The translations under genes were made by a program, and so were the position numbers. Shown piece by piece: positions 47,651 to 58,479 of a DNA stretch of 64,000 nucleotides. The stretch's first letter is position 1; each line of letters begins with the position of its first letter. Source of the stretch: an uncultured Pseudomonadota bacterium. Its GTDB lineage: Bacteria; Pseudomonadota; Alphaproteobacteria; RF32; CAG-239. The DNA lies in contig CASFJS010000003.1 of the NCBI GenBank assembly GCA_949295085.1, positions 2,695 to 66,694 of the forward strand, given 5' to 3'. A model generated the notes under the pieces. That model saw only the letters and a program-made list of their open reading frames with translations. It searched no databases and was not told the DNA's origin.

Positions 47651-48025
47651 TTACCTGACAAATCTTTCACCCTCAACAATCTCTACCGGTGTTTCCACCG
47701 CTGGATCAATCATCTCGCTCAGATAATCGTCGCCCTCTCTGTAAAGAAACAACCCGAAGATTCCGCCTCTGGCAACAACCAAAATGGTAGCCAATTTGCC
47801 ATCCGCCGTTTTAATCCCGCTGAAAGCCGAAAGTTTTAACGCACTCAGGCCTTTCCTCAACGGAACAATGGCTTCGCGACCGTCAGACTCAACAACTCTG
47901 CATTCCTCGGCCAACGCCTTGGCTGCATACATCGCGACAATATCCGGTGTCAGATTGTCTTGTGGTAAACCCTTCATTCTCCCGCCAAGATAAATTCTTT
48001 TGGCGGACAAAAAAACGCGTTCCAT
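47651..48025 (-). CDS. Hypothetical protein
   Basis: 124-aa ORF (possibly starting at the internal MKGLPQDN, 47977). I recognise no motif. Confidence 0.4.
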   Translation of the reverse strand: MERVFLSAKRIYLGGRMKGLPQDNLTPDIVAMYAAKALAEECRVVESDGREAIVPLRKGLSALKLSAFSGIKTADGKLATILVVARGGIFGLFLYREGDDYLSEMIDPAVETPVEIVEGERFVR

Positions 48026-48074
48026 AATAATGTTTATTTTAATGGTTTATAAATAACTATATCGCTTCCCTGAA

Positions 48075-48102
48075 ACTATACGAAAAAATACCGGTTGTCA
48101 AA
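48075..48102 (-). promoter_or_regulatory. Weak sigma-70-type promoter candidate for the 124-aa ORF
   Basis: On the minus strand, TTGACA (48102-48097), only a 15-nt spacer, then TATAGT (48080-48075). The short spacer lowers confidence. Confidence 0.25.
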
Positions 48103-48127
48103 CAATAAAGCGCATTGGCCGGTTTCC

Positions 48128-48829
48128 TCATTGTTTTTTTCTATACCCCAAAGCCACCAGATACGTTTCCGGCGATTCCTTGCGACTGGCCGCCGGCTTA
48201 AAATGCCCGACTTTGGCAAAATTCTGCTTGGCATCAGCCAAAAGCCCGCTTTCGGCGCCGCCCTGAAACACTTTGGCAATAAAAATTCCGCCCTCGGCCA
48301 AAACCTCTTTGGCAAACTCATAAGCGGCCTCCACCAAAGCAATGGTTCGCAAATGATCGGTTTGTTGATGTCCTGTCGTATTGGCGGCCATATCGCTCAT
48401 CACAATATCCGCCTCGCCGTTAAGTAAAGTTTTTAATTTATCCGGCGCCTCCTCAGCGGTAAAATCCTGACAAATCAACTCGGCTCCCGGCACGGCCTCA
48501 GTCTCTAAAATATCAATACCGACAACCTTGCCGCTGCCTTTGTTGCGCGCAACCGCCACCTGGGTCCAACCGCCCGGTGCACACCCCAAATCAACAATCA
48601 CCTTGCCTTTGCCCAAAAAATGATATTTTTCATCCAGCTGTATCAGCTTAAACGCCGCCCGCGAACGATACCCCTGCCGTTTGGCTTCCGCCACATAAGG
48701 ATCGTTTAATTGCCTCATTAACCATTGGTTAGATGATTTTTTTTTATATTTTCCGGTTTTGAGTTTAACCGTCAGATTATGCCGGCCGCCGATAACGTCA
48801 GCCGCTTTATGCCCTTTAACCATTACCAA
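48128..48829 (-). CDS. rlmE: 23S rRNA U2552 2'-O-methyltransferase RlmE (FtsJ)
   Basis: Motifs WLMRQLNDPYV, DLGCAPGGWTQV and VMSDMAANTTG. Confidence 0.93.
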   Translation of the reverse strand: MVMVKGHKAADVIGGRHNLTVKLKTGKYKKKSSNQWLMRQLNDPYVAEAKRQGYRSRAAFKLIQLDEKYHFLGKGKVIVDLGCAPGGWTQVAVARNKGSGKVVGIDILETEAVPGAELICQDFTAEEAPDKLKTLLNGEADIVMSDMAANTTGHQQTDHLRTIALVEAAYEFAKEVLAEGGIFIAKVFQGGAESGLLADAKQNFAKVGHFKPAASRKESPETYLVALGYRKKQ

Positions 48830-49772
48830 CTTCCTTATCTCTGGCCATCAACTCGGCAACAATACCATCCTTGGCACTTTTGAGCGAAGCTGTTACGGTC
48901 TCGATTCCGAGTCTTTCGTAAATTCGCCGGAAAATAACACAAGCCGCAATAAAAATATATGAGCGTTTATCTCCGATATACGGATTTTGCGCCAAAACCT
49001 TTTGTTTGGCTTTCAACAACCCGTCAATCGCGCAATCCATTTCCTCACGCGTCATTTTCAAGCCGTCGGCTCTTTCACGATCATAATCGCCAAACTTTTT
49101 AATCATCGAAACCAGCCTGAGCGGCGTTGATGAAGTTGCTACAAAACAAATATCCTGATGCTTTGCCAAATCGGCTTTGACCAAAAAATCATCCATATAT
49201 CTATCCACTTCTGCTCGCAACCTGCCGGCGGCATTCTCGGAATATTCCACCAACCCGAAAGCTTCTGACGCATTACGTGCGCCCCACGGAATTGAAACAC
49301 TGTACACGATTTCCGGGTTTTCATCATTGGTCGCTAAAGTTACTTCAGTAGAAGCCCCGCCCAAATCATACACAACCAGATATCTGCTTTGACCTCTGAC
49401 ATGCTCGGCTGCGCCTTTCAAATTGAGCATTGCCTCCTCAAGTCCGTCTATAATTTCGAGTCTGATACGGGATTCGTCAAAAATTTTCTTCACAAATTCC
49501 CGGCCGTTGGCCGCCGTCCGGCAGGCTGCCGTTGTCACGGCGCGCAAATTCTGCGGTTCAACATTATATTTATCCAGCAGTTGACGACATTCAAAAAAAC
49601 ACCTTTGCCCGCGTTCAAAAGCCTCCGACGTAATTTTGTTTTCTTTATACATTCCCTCCGCCAACCGGGTCGGATAATTTTTAAGACAAAGCTTGTTTCC
49701 CTTTTCATCACAGATCAACAACCTGCATGAATTTGACCCTAAATCAATTCCCGCATAAGTTTTATTTGTCAT
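48816..49772 (-). CDS. Ppx/GppA family phosphatase, short form (paralog 2)
   Basis: ASKHA motifs IDLGSNSCRLL and VYDLGGASTEV. About 318 aa from the ATG at 49772 (MTNKTYAG), with no long C-terminal HD-like extension. Confidence 0.85.
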   Translation of the reverse strand: MTNKTYAGIDLGSNSCRLLICDEKGNKLCLKNYPTRLAEGMYKENKITSEAFERGQRCFFECRQLLDKYNVEPQNLRAVTTAACRTAANGREFVKKIFDESRIRLEIIDGLEEAMLNLKGAAEHVRGQSRYLVVYDLGGASTEVTLATNDENPEIVYSVSIPWGARNASEAFGLVEYSENAAGRLRAEVDRYMDDFLVKADLAKHQDICFVATSSTPLRLVSMIKKFGDYDRERADGLKMTREEMDCAIDGLLKAKQKVLAQNPYIGDKRSYIFIAACVIFRRIYERLGIETVTASLKSAKDGIVAELMARDKEVGNG

Positions 49773-50907
49773 TAACGGCCTCTTGTATTTTCTGATTATC
49801 ATTAAAACGACGACGATTTTTTTTGATAAACGGATAACGCGGCCGAAATTTTTTTCTGGCCTTTTTCTTTTGTTTTTCCGCATGCATCATATCCAACAAA
49901 ATACCCTCGCGAATACCGCGGTCTGCAATCGTAATCTCCGAAATCGGCCAAAACGAAAGCAGCCCCTCGATAATAGCACAGCCGGCAATTGTCAGATCCG
50001 CCTTTTGCATCCCGATACAAGCGTGTTTACGCCGTCCCTCATCGCCCATTCGCCTAATTTTGACAATTGTTTTCTTAACATCATGAACACTCAGAGCCAA
50101 ACCGTCAACAGCCGAGCGATTATAACGCGGCAGGTTTAAATGCACGGCGCCCAAAACCGTCACCGTACCGGATGTTCCCAAAACCTGTATTTCTTGTGCC
50201 GCAACCGCCTCGGATATATGATATTTATCTTCAAAGCCGGCTAATATTTTATGTGTCCGTTCAATAATCGTCGCATACGCCAAATCCGTCATATCATGGT
50301 TCGGAAAAGCCTCTGCCACCGTCACCACCCCGTAAGGCAATGAAACATAGCCTTCAATAACCGTCTTTCCGGAATTCGTCATCCGTGCCAACGATACTTC
50401 TGTCGATCCGCCGCCGATATCAAAAACCAAAGCTCTTTTAATATGACGATTCAACAAAGGAATACACCCGACCACCGCCAACCTGGCCTCTTCTTGTGAC
50501 GATATCGTTTCAATCGTCAGTCCGGTCTCTTTTTTAACCAATTCCAAAAAGTAGCGGCAATTTTTTGCCCGCCGGCAGGCCGCCGTTGCCACATAACGAG
50601 CTTTGATAATCGGGGCATATTCTTCCAAAACACCGGCACAAACCCTTAAGGCATTGATTGTCCGCCGAATAGCCGTATGTGACAATTCGTTATTGTTAAT
50701 AATGCCTTCTCCCAGGCGGGTAATTTTCGAAAAAGTCTCAACAATCCTAAACGACGACGGCGTCGGCGTCGCAATCACCAACCGACACGAATTGGTTCCC
50801 AAATCAATCGCCGCATAATTCTCGCCGTTACCCGTCTCTGCCGTTCTGCCGGAAACGGATAACTTAAAATCGGACGCGGCCCTGTTTCTATCCGGCCATT
50901 TACGCAT
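49762..50907 (-). CDS. Ppx/GppA family phosphatase, short form (paralog 1)
   Basis: Motifs IDLGTNSCRLV and VFDIGGGSTEV. The true start may be internal, since the first ~30 aa lack homology features. Confidence 0.85.
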   Translation of the reverse strand: MRKWPDRNRAASDFKLSVSGRTAETGNGENYAAIDLGTNSCRLVIATPTPSSFRIVETFSKITRLGEGIINNNELSHTAIRRTINALRVCAGVLEEYAPIIKARYVATAACRRAKNCRYFLELVKKETGLTIETISSQEEARLAVVGCIPLLNRHIKRALVFDIGGGSTEVSLARMTNSGKTVIEGYVSLPYGVVTVAEAFPNHDMTDLAYATIIERTHKILAGFEDKYHISEAVAAQEIQVLGTSGTVTVLGAVHLNLPRYNRSAVDGLALSVHDVKKTIVKIRRMGDEGRRKHACIGMQKADLTIAGCAIIEGLLSFWPISEITIADRGIREGILLDMMHAEKQKKKARKKFRPRYPFIKKNRRRFNDNQKIQEAVNDK

Positions 50908-50985
50908 ATTGACAAAACTTTGGTTACAAAAAATATAAACTTGGACTCAATATAGCCCAAATTTGCATTTTGCACAACAAATTTT

Positions 50986-52086
<1,101 letters not shown>

Positions 52087-52129
52087 TCAACCATCCAGCT
52101 GTTAACGCCATTCTGCACCCCAGTATGAC

Positions 52130-52155
52130 TTAAAGATGGTTATAAATTTATTAAC
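52130..52155. promoter_or_regulatory. CtrA-box-like motifs upstream of ccrM
   Basis: TTAT-N7-TTAAC at 52140-52155, overlapping TTAA-N7-TATAA at 52130-52145. Each is one mismatch from TTAA-N7-TTAA(C), and both lie 50-70 bp upstream of the ccrM ATG (52083). Confidence 0.3.
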
Positions 52156-52216
52156 AAGTAAAAAGGAAAAAATTAAAAAAAATAAAACTGTTGTTTTTCA
52201 ACCGTCAAGGAAAAAC

Positions 52217-52849
52217 TTAAGCAACCCGCGTCAAAATTTCTCGTACCGGCCGGTAAGACATCCGGTGCACACCGGCAACAACACCGTGCCGATACAAGCC
52301 ATCAATATGCACTTTCGTACCGTAGCCGGCATTTTTTTCAAACCCGTAATACGGGTATTTTATTGCCAAATCGCGCATCAATCGGTCGCGAAAAACCTTA
52401 GCGGCGATTGATGCCGCCGCCACCGAGTACGAACGTGCATCGCCTTTAACCAGCGGCATACAACGGCACGGAAAATCTTTTGGCCTTTGATTACCGTCAA
52501 TAATGGCATAATCCGGTATTTTTCCCAAAGCCTCAACCGCGCGCCGCATAGCCAAAAACGTTGCCTGCAAAATATTAAACCGGTCAATTTCTTCCGCCGT
52601 GGCCTGCCCGATTCCGATAAGCATCTTCCCCTGCGCCTGCGTTTCCAGCAACTTTTCATACAACACCTCGCGCTTTTTGGCGGTTACTTTTTTGGAATCA
52701 TCAAGATTTTGCAGCAAATAAGCCTCAACATCCCGTGTCAAAAACACCGCCGCGCCTGCCACCACCGGTCCGGCCCAAGGCCCGCGTCCGGCCTCGTCCA
52801 CTCCGGCAACCATTCCGCTCAGTTTATCTTCAAAAGCAAAATCAGGCAT
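52217..52849 (-). CDS. rnhB: Ribonuclease HII
   Basis: Motifs GVDEAGRGPWAGPVV and DDSKK, 210 aa. Confidence 0.94.
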   Translation of the reverse strand: MPDFAFEDKLSGMVAGVDEAGRGPWAGPVVAGAAVFLTRDVEAYLLQNLDDSKKVTAKKREVLYEKLLETQAQGKMLIGIGQATAEEIDRFNILQATFLAMRRAVEALGKIPDYAIIDGNQRPKDFPCRCMPLVKGDARSYSVAAASIAAKVFRDRLMRDLAIKYPYYGFEKNAGYGTKVHIDGLYRHGVVAGVHRMSYRPVREILTRVA

Positions 52850-52850
52850 T

Positions 52851-53837
52851 TTACCAGCTCAGTTTAATCTGCCCGTTTTTAATTACGCAATGCCCTCCGA
52901 GCGGCAAGGTCGATATCGGCGTCGTATGCCCGAAATCCATATCGGCAATAACCGGCAAATTCTTCAATTGCGGAATATGATTAATGATAAAATCAAGTTT
53001 TTCGCGACTAACGTCCGATTCCTTTTGAAACCGGCCGATAAGCAACGCGCGGACATTTCCGAAATCTTCCCTCTGCGCTAAAGATTGCAAACGATTCATA
53101 AAACATTTGGCATCGGCAGCCGCCGCCACAAAACAATCTTCCAAGACCAAAATCGTATCCGGTGTAAATACCGGCTGATAAGGCGTTGCGCTCAGCAAAA
53201 ACAATGTCTGCAAATTACCGCCCTCCAAATGCCCTTCGGCTTCGCCGGAGTGTAAGACACGCCAGCCGTCATTTTTGATAAATTCGCGCTTTTCCTGATC
53301 AATAAACCACAAATCATCGCTCCATTCCGCTGCCGCCTGCCAGTCACAGCCGCCCTCAAACAACATCTGCCGCAGCATTGCCAAAGTATATTCATTGCCG
53401 TGTTTCATACCAATAGAACTATAATGCGGCCCGTAAAAGGTCACCATCCCCGTCCGGCTGCGAATGGCGTTCAATAACGCGGTAATATCCGAGTAACCGC
53501 AAATAATTTTCGGATTCCGACGAATAATGTCATAGTCCAGAAAAGGCAAAACCTGATTGGAATTATAACCGCCGATAATCGTAAATATCGCTTTAACGTT
53601 CTTATCTTCAAACGCCTCCATAATATCTTCGGCTCTTTTGTGCAAATCCGACGAAGCCATCAGGTCAAAATTGTCGTCCGTGGTGTTTTTGCCAAAACGA
53701 ACCTTAAGTCCGAGTGCCTCAAATCGTTCTTTGGCAATCTGTCGGCAATCCGGCCCGATGATTTTAATACTGGTCGACGGAGCAATAACCCTTATTTCGT
53801 CGCCGGCTTTTAATTTTTCGGGCACAATATTTTGCAT
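52851..53837 (-). CDS. S66 family LD-carboxypeptidase (LdcA/MccF-like)
   Basis: 328 aa with the nucleophile motif GYSDITAL and a C-terminal His region (DMDFGHTTP). Confidence 0.85.
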   Translation of the reverse strand: MQNIVPEKLKAGDEIRVIAPSTSIKIIGPDCRQIAKERFEALGLKVRFGKNTTDDNFDLMASSDLHKRAEDIMEAFEDKNVKAIFTIIGGYNSNQVLPFLDYDIIRRNPKIICGYSDITALLNAIRSRTGMVTFYGPHYSSIGMKHGNEYTLAMLRQMLFEGGCDWQAAAEWSDDLWFIDQEKREFIKNDGWRVLHSGEAEGHLEGGNLQTLFLLSATPYQPVFTPDTILVLEDCFVAAAADAKCFMNRLQSLAQREDFGNVRALLIGRFQKESDVSREKLDFIINHIPQLKNLPVIADMDFGHTTPISTLPLGGHCVIKNGQIKLSW

Positions 53838-54064
53838 TTTCTCTCTCCTTTACTGGCCAATGGTTACTTCATTATAAACATTTTTTTTGGATTTTGCATC
53901 CATTTAATAAGATTAAACCACAAGCACCCGCAGCATATACCTCAAAGCTCTGTCTTATCGGCATATGCCTCGACTTTCGGGTTATCGATCATTTTTATTC
54001 CAGCGGCAACAATGCCGCCCAACAAATAAAACACCCCGCCTGAATATTCCCCGTTAACAGTGCC

Positions 54065-55372
54065 TCACAATTTACCTATACATTGATAATCAAAACCGTA
54101 ATTTTCCGGATTTTTGTCTTTGAGCATATTGCGCAAATCAACAATCTTCGGATGACGCATAATCGCTTTAAGCTCAGTCAAATTAACCTCGGAAAATTGC
54201 TTCCACTCGGTCAATATGGCCACGACATCGGCATCCTTGGCTGCCTCCAGCTCTGATGACGCATATTCAACCCTGTTGTCCAGAATTTTACGGGCATTAC
54301 CCATCGCCTGCGGATCATACACACGCAAACACGCACCGTTTTTAAGCATTTGCTCAACAATTTGCAATGCCGGTGATTCGCGCACATCATCCGTGCCGTC
54401 TTTAAATGCCAGACCCCAAACCGCAATTTTAGCCTGTTTTATATCCTTAACTTGTTTCAAAACACGTTCGGCCATTTTCGTTTTACGCAAATCATTACCG
54501 CGTATGGCTGCCTCAATCAATGTCAGCGGCACACCGTATTTCCGTCCCATACAAGCCATGGCATTGGTATCTTTCGGAAAACAACTGCCGCCGTATCCGG
54601 GCCCCGGATTCAAAAATCGGTGACCGATACGCTGGTCCAACCCCATTCCTCTGGCCACATCAAAGACGTCGGCTCCGGCTTTTTCACAAAAATCGGCCAT
54701 CTCGTTAATATAATGAATCTTCAGAGCCAAAAACGCATTTGAGGCATATTTGATTGTTTCGGCCGAACGCCTTTTAACGAATAATATCGGCGTTTTATCC
54801 GCAAAGGGTTTGTACAATTCTTTCATCACTGCGGCGGCTCTGTCACTGTCCGTTCCAATAATAATCCTGTCCGGCGCAAAAAAATCATGTACGGCAAAAC
54901 CCTCACGCAAAAACTCCGGCAACGAAATGACATCAAATTCCGCCCGCGGATTATTTTGCCGGATGATTTTTTCCACCTCATCCCCCGTACCGACCGGTAC
55001 GGTTGACTTGGTCGCAACAACCGTGTAACCATCCAAATACGGTGCCAATTCGGCCGCCGCGGCGTAAATATATTGCAAATCGGCTTCTTTGGTCACCGGA
55101 TCCGGCGGCGTACCGACGGCAATTAAAACCACGTCAGCCATTTTAACACCATCCGCCGTTGAGGTGGTAAAGCGTAATTTTCCTCTGCCGACATTTTTTT
55201 GAAAGAGATCAACCAGACCATCTTCAAAAATTGTTAATTGACCGGCCGTCAAGGCCTTTATTTTTTCCTCGTTTTTATCAATACAGACCACATCGTTTCC
55301 GAATTCCGCCAAACCGACGCCCGTCGGCAACCCGACATAGCCCGTTCCGATAATAGCTATTTTCATTGTCAT
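54065..55372 (-). CDS. ugd: UDP-glucose 6-dehydrogenase
   Basis: N-terminal motif IAIIGTGYVGL and the catalytic Cys in GGSCFPKD, 435 aa. Confidence 0.93.
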   Translation of the reverse strand: MTMKIAIIGTGYVGLPTGVGLAEFGNDVVCIDKNEEKIKALTAGQLTIFEDGLVDLFQKNVGRGKLRFTTSTADGVKMADVVLIAVGTPPDPVTKEADLQYIYAAAAELAPYLDGYTVVATKSTVPVGTGDEVEKIIRQNNPRAEFDVISLPEFLREGFAVHDFFAPDRIIIGTDSDRAAAVMKELYKPFADKTPILFVKRRSAETIKYASNAFLALKIHYINEMADFCEKAGADVFDVARGMGLDQRIGHRFLNPGPGYGGSCFPKDTNAMACMGRKYGVPLTLIEAAIRGNDLRKTKMAERVLKQVKDIKQAKIAVWGLAFKDGTDDVRESPALQIVEQMLKNGACLRVYDPQAMGNARKILDNRVEYASSELEAAKDADVVAILTEWKQFSEVNLTELKAIMRHPKIVDLRNMLKDKNPENYGFDYQCIGKL

Positions 55373-55479
55373 ACACCTTTTCTGAAAATATCGTCACATT
55401 TTATACAGCACCGTCAGGCTAACAAAAAGCCCTCGGCTTTTCAAGCCTCAAATTCACTGTTATCAACTGCAACAAGATA

Positions 55480-55508
55480 TTGTATAAATTTTTAAGTTTT
55501 TCTATAAT
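55480..55508 (+). promoter_or_regulatory. Sigma-70-type promoter candidate for pgpA
   Basis: TTGTAT (55480-55485), a 17-nt spacer, then TATAAT (55503-55508). GGAGA lies 7 nt before the ATG at 55537. Confidence 0.45.
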
Positions 55509-55536
55509 ACAGACGTTTTTTACTCGGAGAATATTT

Positions 55537-56019
55537 ATGAATTTGCGTCTGGCTTTTTTTATCGCCACTTTTTTTAAAATCGGTTATTCCAAAATTGCCC
55601 CCGGTACGATGGGGTCTCTGGCCACCTTACCCGTTGCTTTCGGACTTGCCTACTATTACGGCTTTTGCGGTATTATCGGCGGTGTCTTGATTGCCTCTGT
55701 CTTAGGGATTTTAAGTATCGGTAAAGTACTGACCCAAACGCCGCATGATCCTTCTTTCGTGGTTATCGACGAAGTTGCGGGACAATTGCTGACTTTTGCT
55801 TTGCTGGCAAACCACTTACAAAACAGGTCGGATACCTGGCTTATTTATCTTTGCGGCTTTATTCTGTTTCGTTTTTTTGATATTTTTAAACCCCAACCCG
55901 TCGGCTGGGCCGATCGCAAAATACGGAACGCCTGGGGCGTAATGCTCGATGATATTTTTGCCGGCGCCTATGCTATGGTCATCTTATACCTTTTATTCGT
56001 TTTCAATATAATAAACTGA
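55537..56019 (+). CDS. pgpA: Phosphatidylglycerophosphatase A
   Basis: Motifs GYSKIAPGTMGS, VIDEVAGQ and RFFDIFKPQPV, 160 aa from the ATG at 55537. Confidence 0.9.
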   Translation: MNLRLAFFIATFFKIGYSKIAPGTMGSLATLPVAFGLAYYYGFCGIIGGVLIASVLGILSIGKVLTQTPHDPSFVVIDEVAGQLLTFALLANHLQNRSDTWLIYLCGFILFRFFDIFKPQPVGWADRKIRNAWGVMLDDIFAGAYAMVILYLLFVFNIIN

Positions 56020-56069
56020 TTCCGTGCGACATCGGCTTTTCCCGAGTTCCGTCCGGATTTTTCCGATTG

Positions 56070-58343
56070 TTAAAACATTTCATTGCGTCTGCCTGAATTA
56101 GCCGCCTCACATCCTTCCGGATCAACAAAATCTTTCAAATTTTGCAAAATGCTCCGTATCTGCGGCAAAGTATAGGATCGCAGACAAAAATCCGCACGAT
56201 AAAAATCCGCCCGCACATCAAAAGCCTTTTGGGCTGCGGCAAACGGCCTGGCGGCAAACAATGTCGTTTCGCAGTTTTCTGACAGAGCCCAATACGTCTT
56301 ACCGTTTTTGACAAGCTCCGTCAACCTTGGCTGTCTGTCACAATTTCTGCAATCATTTTCCCGGATACAAACTGCCGATGTAAACAACGGCACATCCTGA
56401 TATACAACCATCACCACCGGTAAGGGCGCGCACTGAGCCAAATCTTTAAGATTAACCAATGTATCCTCTACGGCCAAAGTCACGCGTGACGCCCCGATAT
56501 CTTTAGCAGCTTGTACAGCCTGTGTATTAAACATATAGATCAAATTATCAAAGCTTATGTCCAGCTTTTTAACAGGCAAAACGCCAAGTCCCCAATAATT
56601 GGCGATTTCCCATTTTTTATACCCGGATGCCAGCAGTTTGGCAATCAACGGTTCAAAATCTTCCGTCCGGCGGCAAACCGCCGGCAGCGCCAGCCGCAAC
56701 TTTTCTTTCGGCAGGCGGAATATCTCCTCGGCTTTCATTTTGGGATTAATTTGCAAAATCAGCTCCCGGGCATCAGCCTCAAGACCTGCCAGTATATCTA
56801 TCCGGTCGGCTTTGATAATCCACTGTTTTGTCAAAGGCAGCGATCGCGGCATAATTTCCTCAAACCTCGGTGTTGTTTGGTCAGGTATAATCTGTTCCAA
56901 CAACTGCCGCCGCAAATTATTCAGCACCGAGACCGGTACAAACCGCCCGCTTGAATTTTCAACCGTCAACTGCCGCAGTTCAAAAACCGTATCTCCCGTT
57001 TTGGCAAAAGCTTGCCGAACAGCCGTTTCCGTTTTATCAACATCTTTTGCCGCAACAAACACGCCTTCGATTTTTGCCTCTTTGCCGCAAGTCGTTGCCC
57101 GGATAACATCCGCACCGATATCAACCGTTACGTCAATCGGCTGTCTTTGCAAAAACTCTCGCGGTCGCGGCTTGGTATAATCATAAGCCCCCTTAACCGC
57201 CGATGATGACGCCAGATAAACCGCCGCACCTTTTTTCAAACCGGCAACCATCACCGGTAAAACAATCTCGACCTTATCGCCGGCCTCAGCCTGCCAGACC
57301 GGCTTTCCTTTAACTTTTAACTTCTGCAACGAAAACCCAAACGGTTTTTCCTGCCCCGCAATATCAATTTGAATACCATCATGCCGGGCAATATTATACC
57401 CGATATCAAGCGCGATTCTTTTGCCGTCTGTTTCACTCACTTTGCCGATAAGCAAACCCCTGTGCCCGACAAAATGCGTATCCGTTACCTCTTTGTTGCG
57501 TCCCCGTAAATGAAACTTGCACCATGGCCGTGAAAAAATCTGTTTAATATTTTGCGCCTTTTTCCGATCGGCGCCTTTGCCGTCCAAAATACCGCGATAA
57601 TAGTCGGTTACCGCCGCCACATACAAGGCATTTTTCTTTCGTCCCTCAATCTTGAGCGAATAAACCGGCAACTTAAGAATATCGTCCTCCAAAGCCATGT
57701 CTTTCATCGAAAAACAATGTTCAAGCCTGCCGTTTCGTTCAAAAGCCGCCCGGCAGGGATACAGACATTTGCCACGATTGGCACTGCGGCCTTCCGTCAT
57801 GGAGGAAAACTGACAAATACCGCTGTAGGAGTAACACAACGCACCGTGAATAAACACCTCCAGTTCCAGATCGGGAATTGTCGCAATCTCCTTAATTTCG
57901 GCCAAAGTCAGTTCACGTGCCAGCACCACCCGCACAAAACCCATATTTTTCAAAGCCAGCGCCCCGGCTTTATTATGTATGGCCATTTGCGTACTGGCAT
58001 GCAGTTCAAGCTCCGGATAATATTGTTTAACCATGCGCGCCACGCCCAAATCTTGAACAATCACTCCGTCCACCCGGCAACGGCGGCAAATTTCCAGATT
58101 AACCGTCAAATCAGCTATTTCGTTTTGCTGCAAAACCGTATTAAGCGTCACAAACACTTTGCGTTTCAAATAATGCGCATAGCCAACAAATTCATTAAGT
58201 TCTTCCTCGCCGAAATTTTGTGCCGTAGCCCGGGCCGAAAACTGCTTCAATCCAAGGTAAACAGCATCGGCGCCATAATAAAGCGCCGCATATCCGGCCT
58301 CAATATCGCCGGCAGGTGCCAAAAGTTCTTTTGCCATGTTCAC
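56070..58343 (-). CDS. Large U32 family protein (~750 aa class with extended C-terminal region)
   Basis: U32 signature EVFIHGALCYSYSGICQFSSMTEGRSANRGKCLYPCR in the N-terminal third. A second TIM-like U32-related region appears to lie in the C-terminal third. Confidence 0.85.
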   Translation of the reverse strand: MNMAKELLAPAGDIEAGYAALYYGADAVYLGLKQFSARATAQNFGEEELNEFVGYAHYLKRKVFVTLNTVLQQNEIADLTVNLEICRRCRVDGVIVQDLGVARMVKQYYPELELHASTQMAIHNKAGALALKNMGFVRVVLARELTLAEIKEIATIPDLELEVFIHGALCYSYSGICQFSSMTEGRSANRGKCLYPCRAAFERNGRLEHCFSMKDMALEDDILKLPVYSLKIEGRKKNALYVAAVTDYYRGILDGKGADRKKAQNIKQIFSRPWCKFHLRGRNKEVTDTHFVGHRGLLIGKVSETDGKRIALDIGYNIARHDGIQIDIAGQEKPFGFSLQKLKVKGKPVWQAEAGDKVEIVLPVMVAGLKKGAAVYLASSSAVKGAYDYTKPRPREFLQRQPIDVTVDIGADVIRATTCGKEAKIEGVFVAAKDVDKTETAVRQAFAKTGDTVFELRQLTVENSSGRFVPVSVLNNLRRQLLEQIIPDQTTPRFEEIMPRSLPLTKQWIIKADRIDILAGLEADARELILQINPKMKAEEIFRLPKEKLRLALPAVCRRTEDFEPLIAKLLASGYKKWEIANYWGLGVLPVKKLDISFDNLIYMFNTQAVQAAKDIGASRVTLAVEDTLVNLKDLAQCAPLPVVMVVYQDVPLFTSAVCIRENDCRNCDRQPRLTELVKNGKTYWALSENCETTLFAARPFAAAQKAFDVRADFYRADFCLRSYTLPQIRSILQNLKDFVDPEGCEAANSGRRNEMF

Positions 58344-58479
58344 TCCCTCTTACACCGCCTTTTATACAATATCTCCGCTGCCTTGACAACAATATTTATA
58401 CACCGCGGCAAAATTTTATTACCGTTTCGACCAATTTAAAACTATATTATAGAAAAATATAAAAATAAGGAGCTTAAAA

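Noticed and set aside
50944-50948. GANTC (GACTC) site in the spacer between ccrM and the ppx genes, considered as a methylation-dependent regulatory site
   Set aside because: A single GANTC is expected by chance about every 256 bp, and no clustering or promoter overlap is evident.
53838-54064. 227-bp non-coding gap between ugd and the LD-carboxypeptidase gene, screened for an sRNA, tRNA or small ORF
   Set aside because: I found only a weak GCGGC/GCCGC hairpin and a 16-codon ORF with no SD sequence. The 65-aa plus-strand track ORF (53832-54029) is hydrophobic and low-complexity and overlaps the ldcA start. Nothing here is supportable.
57552-58439. 295-aa plus-strand ORF antisense to the large U32 gene
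   Set aside because: A shadow ORF. The opposite strand carries the U32 signature, and this translation is rich in R/F/I/Q/N/H and motif-free.
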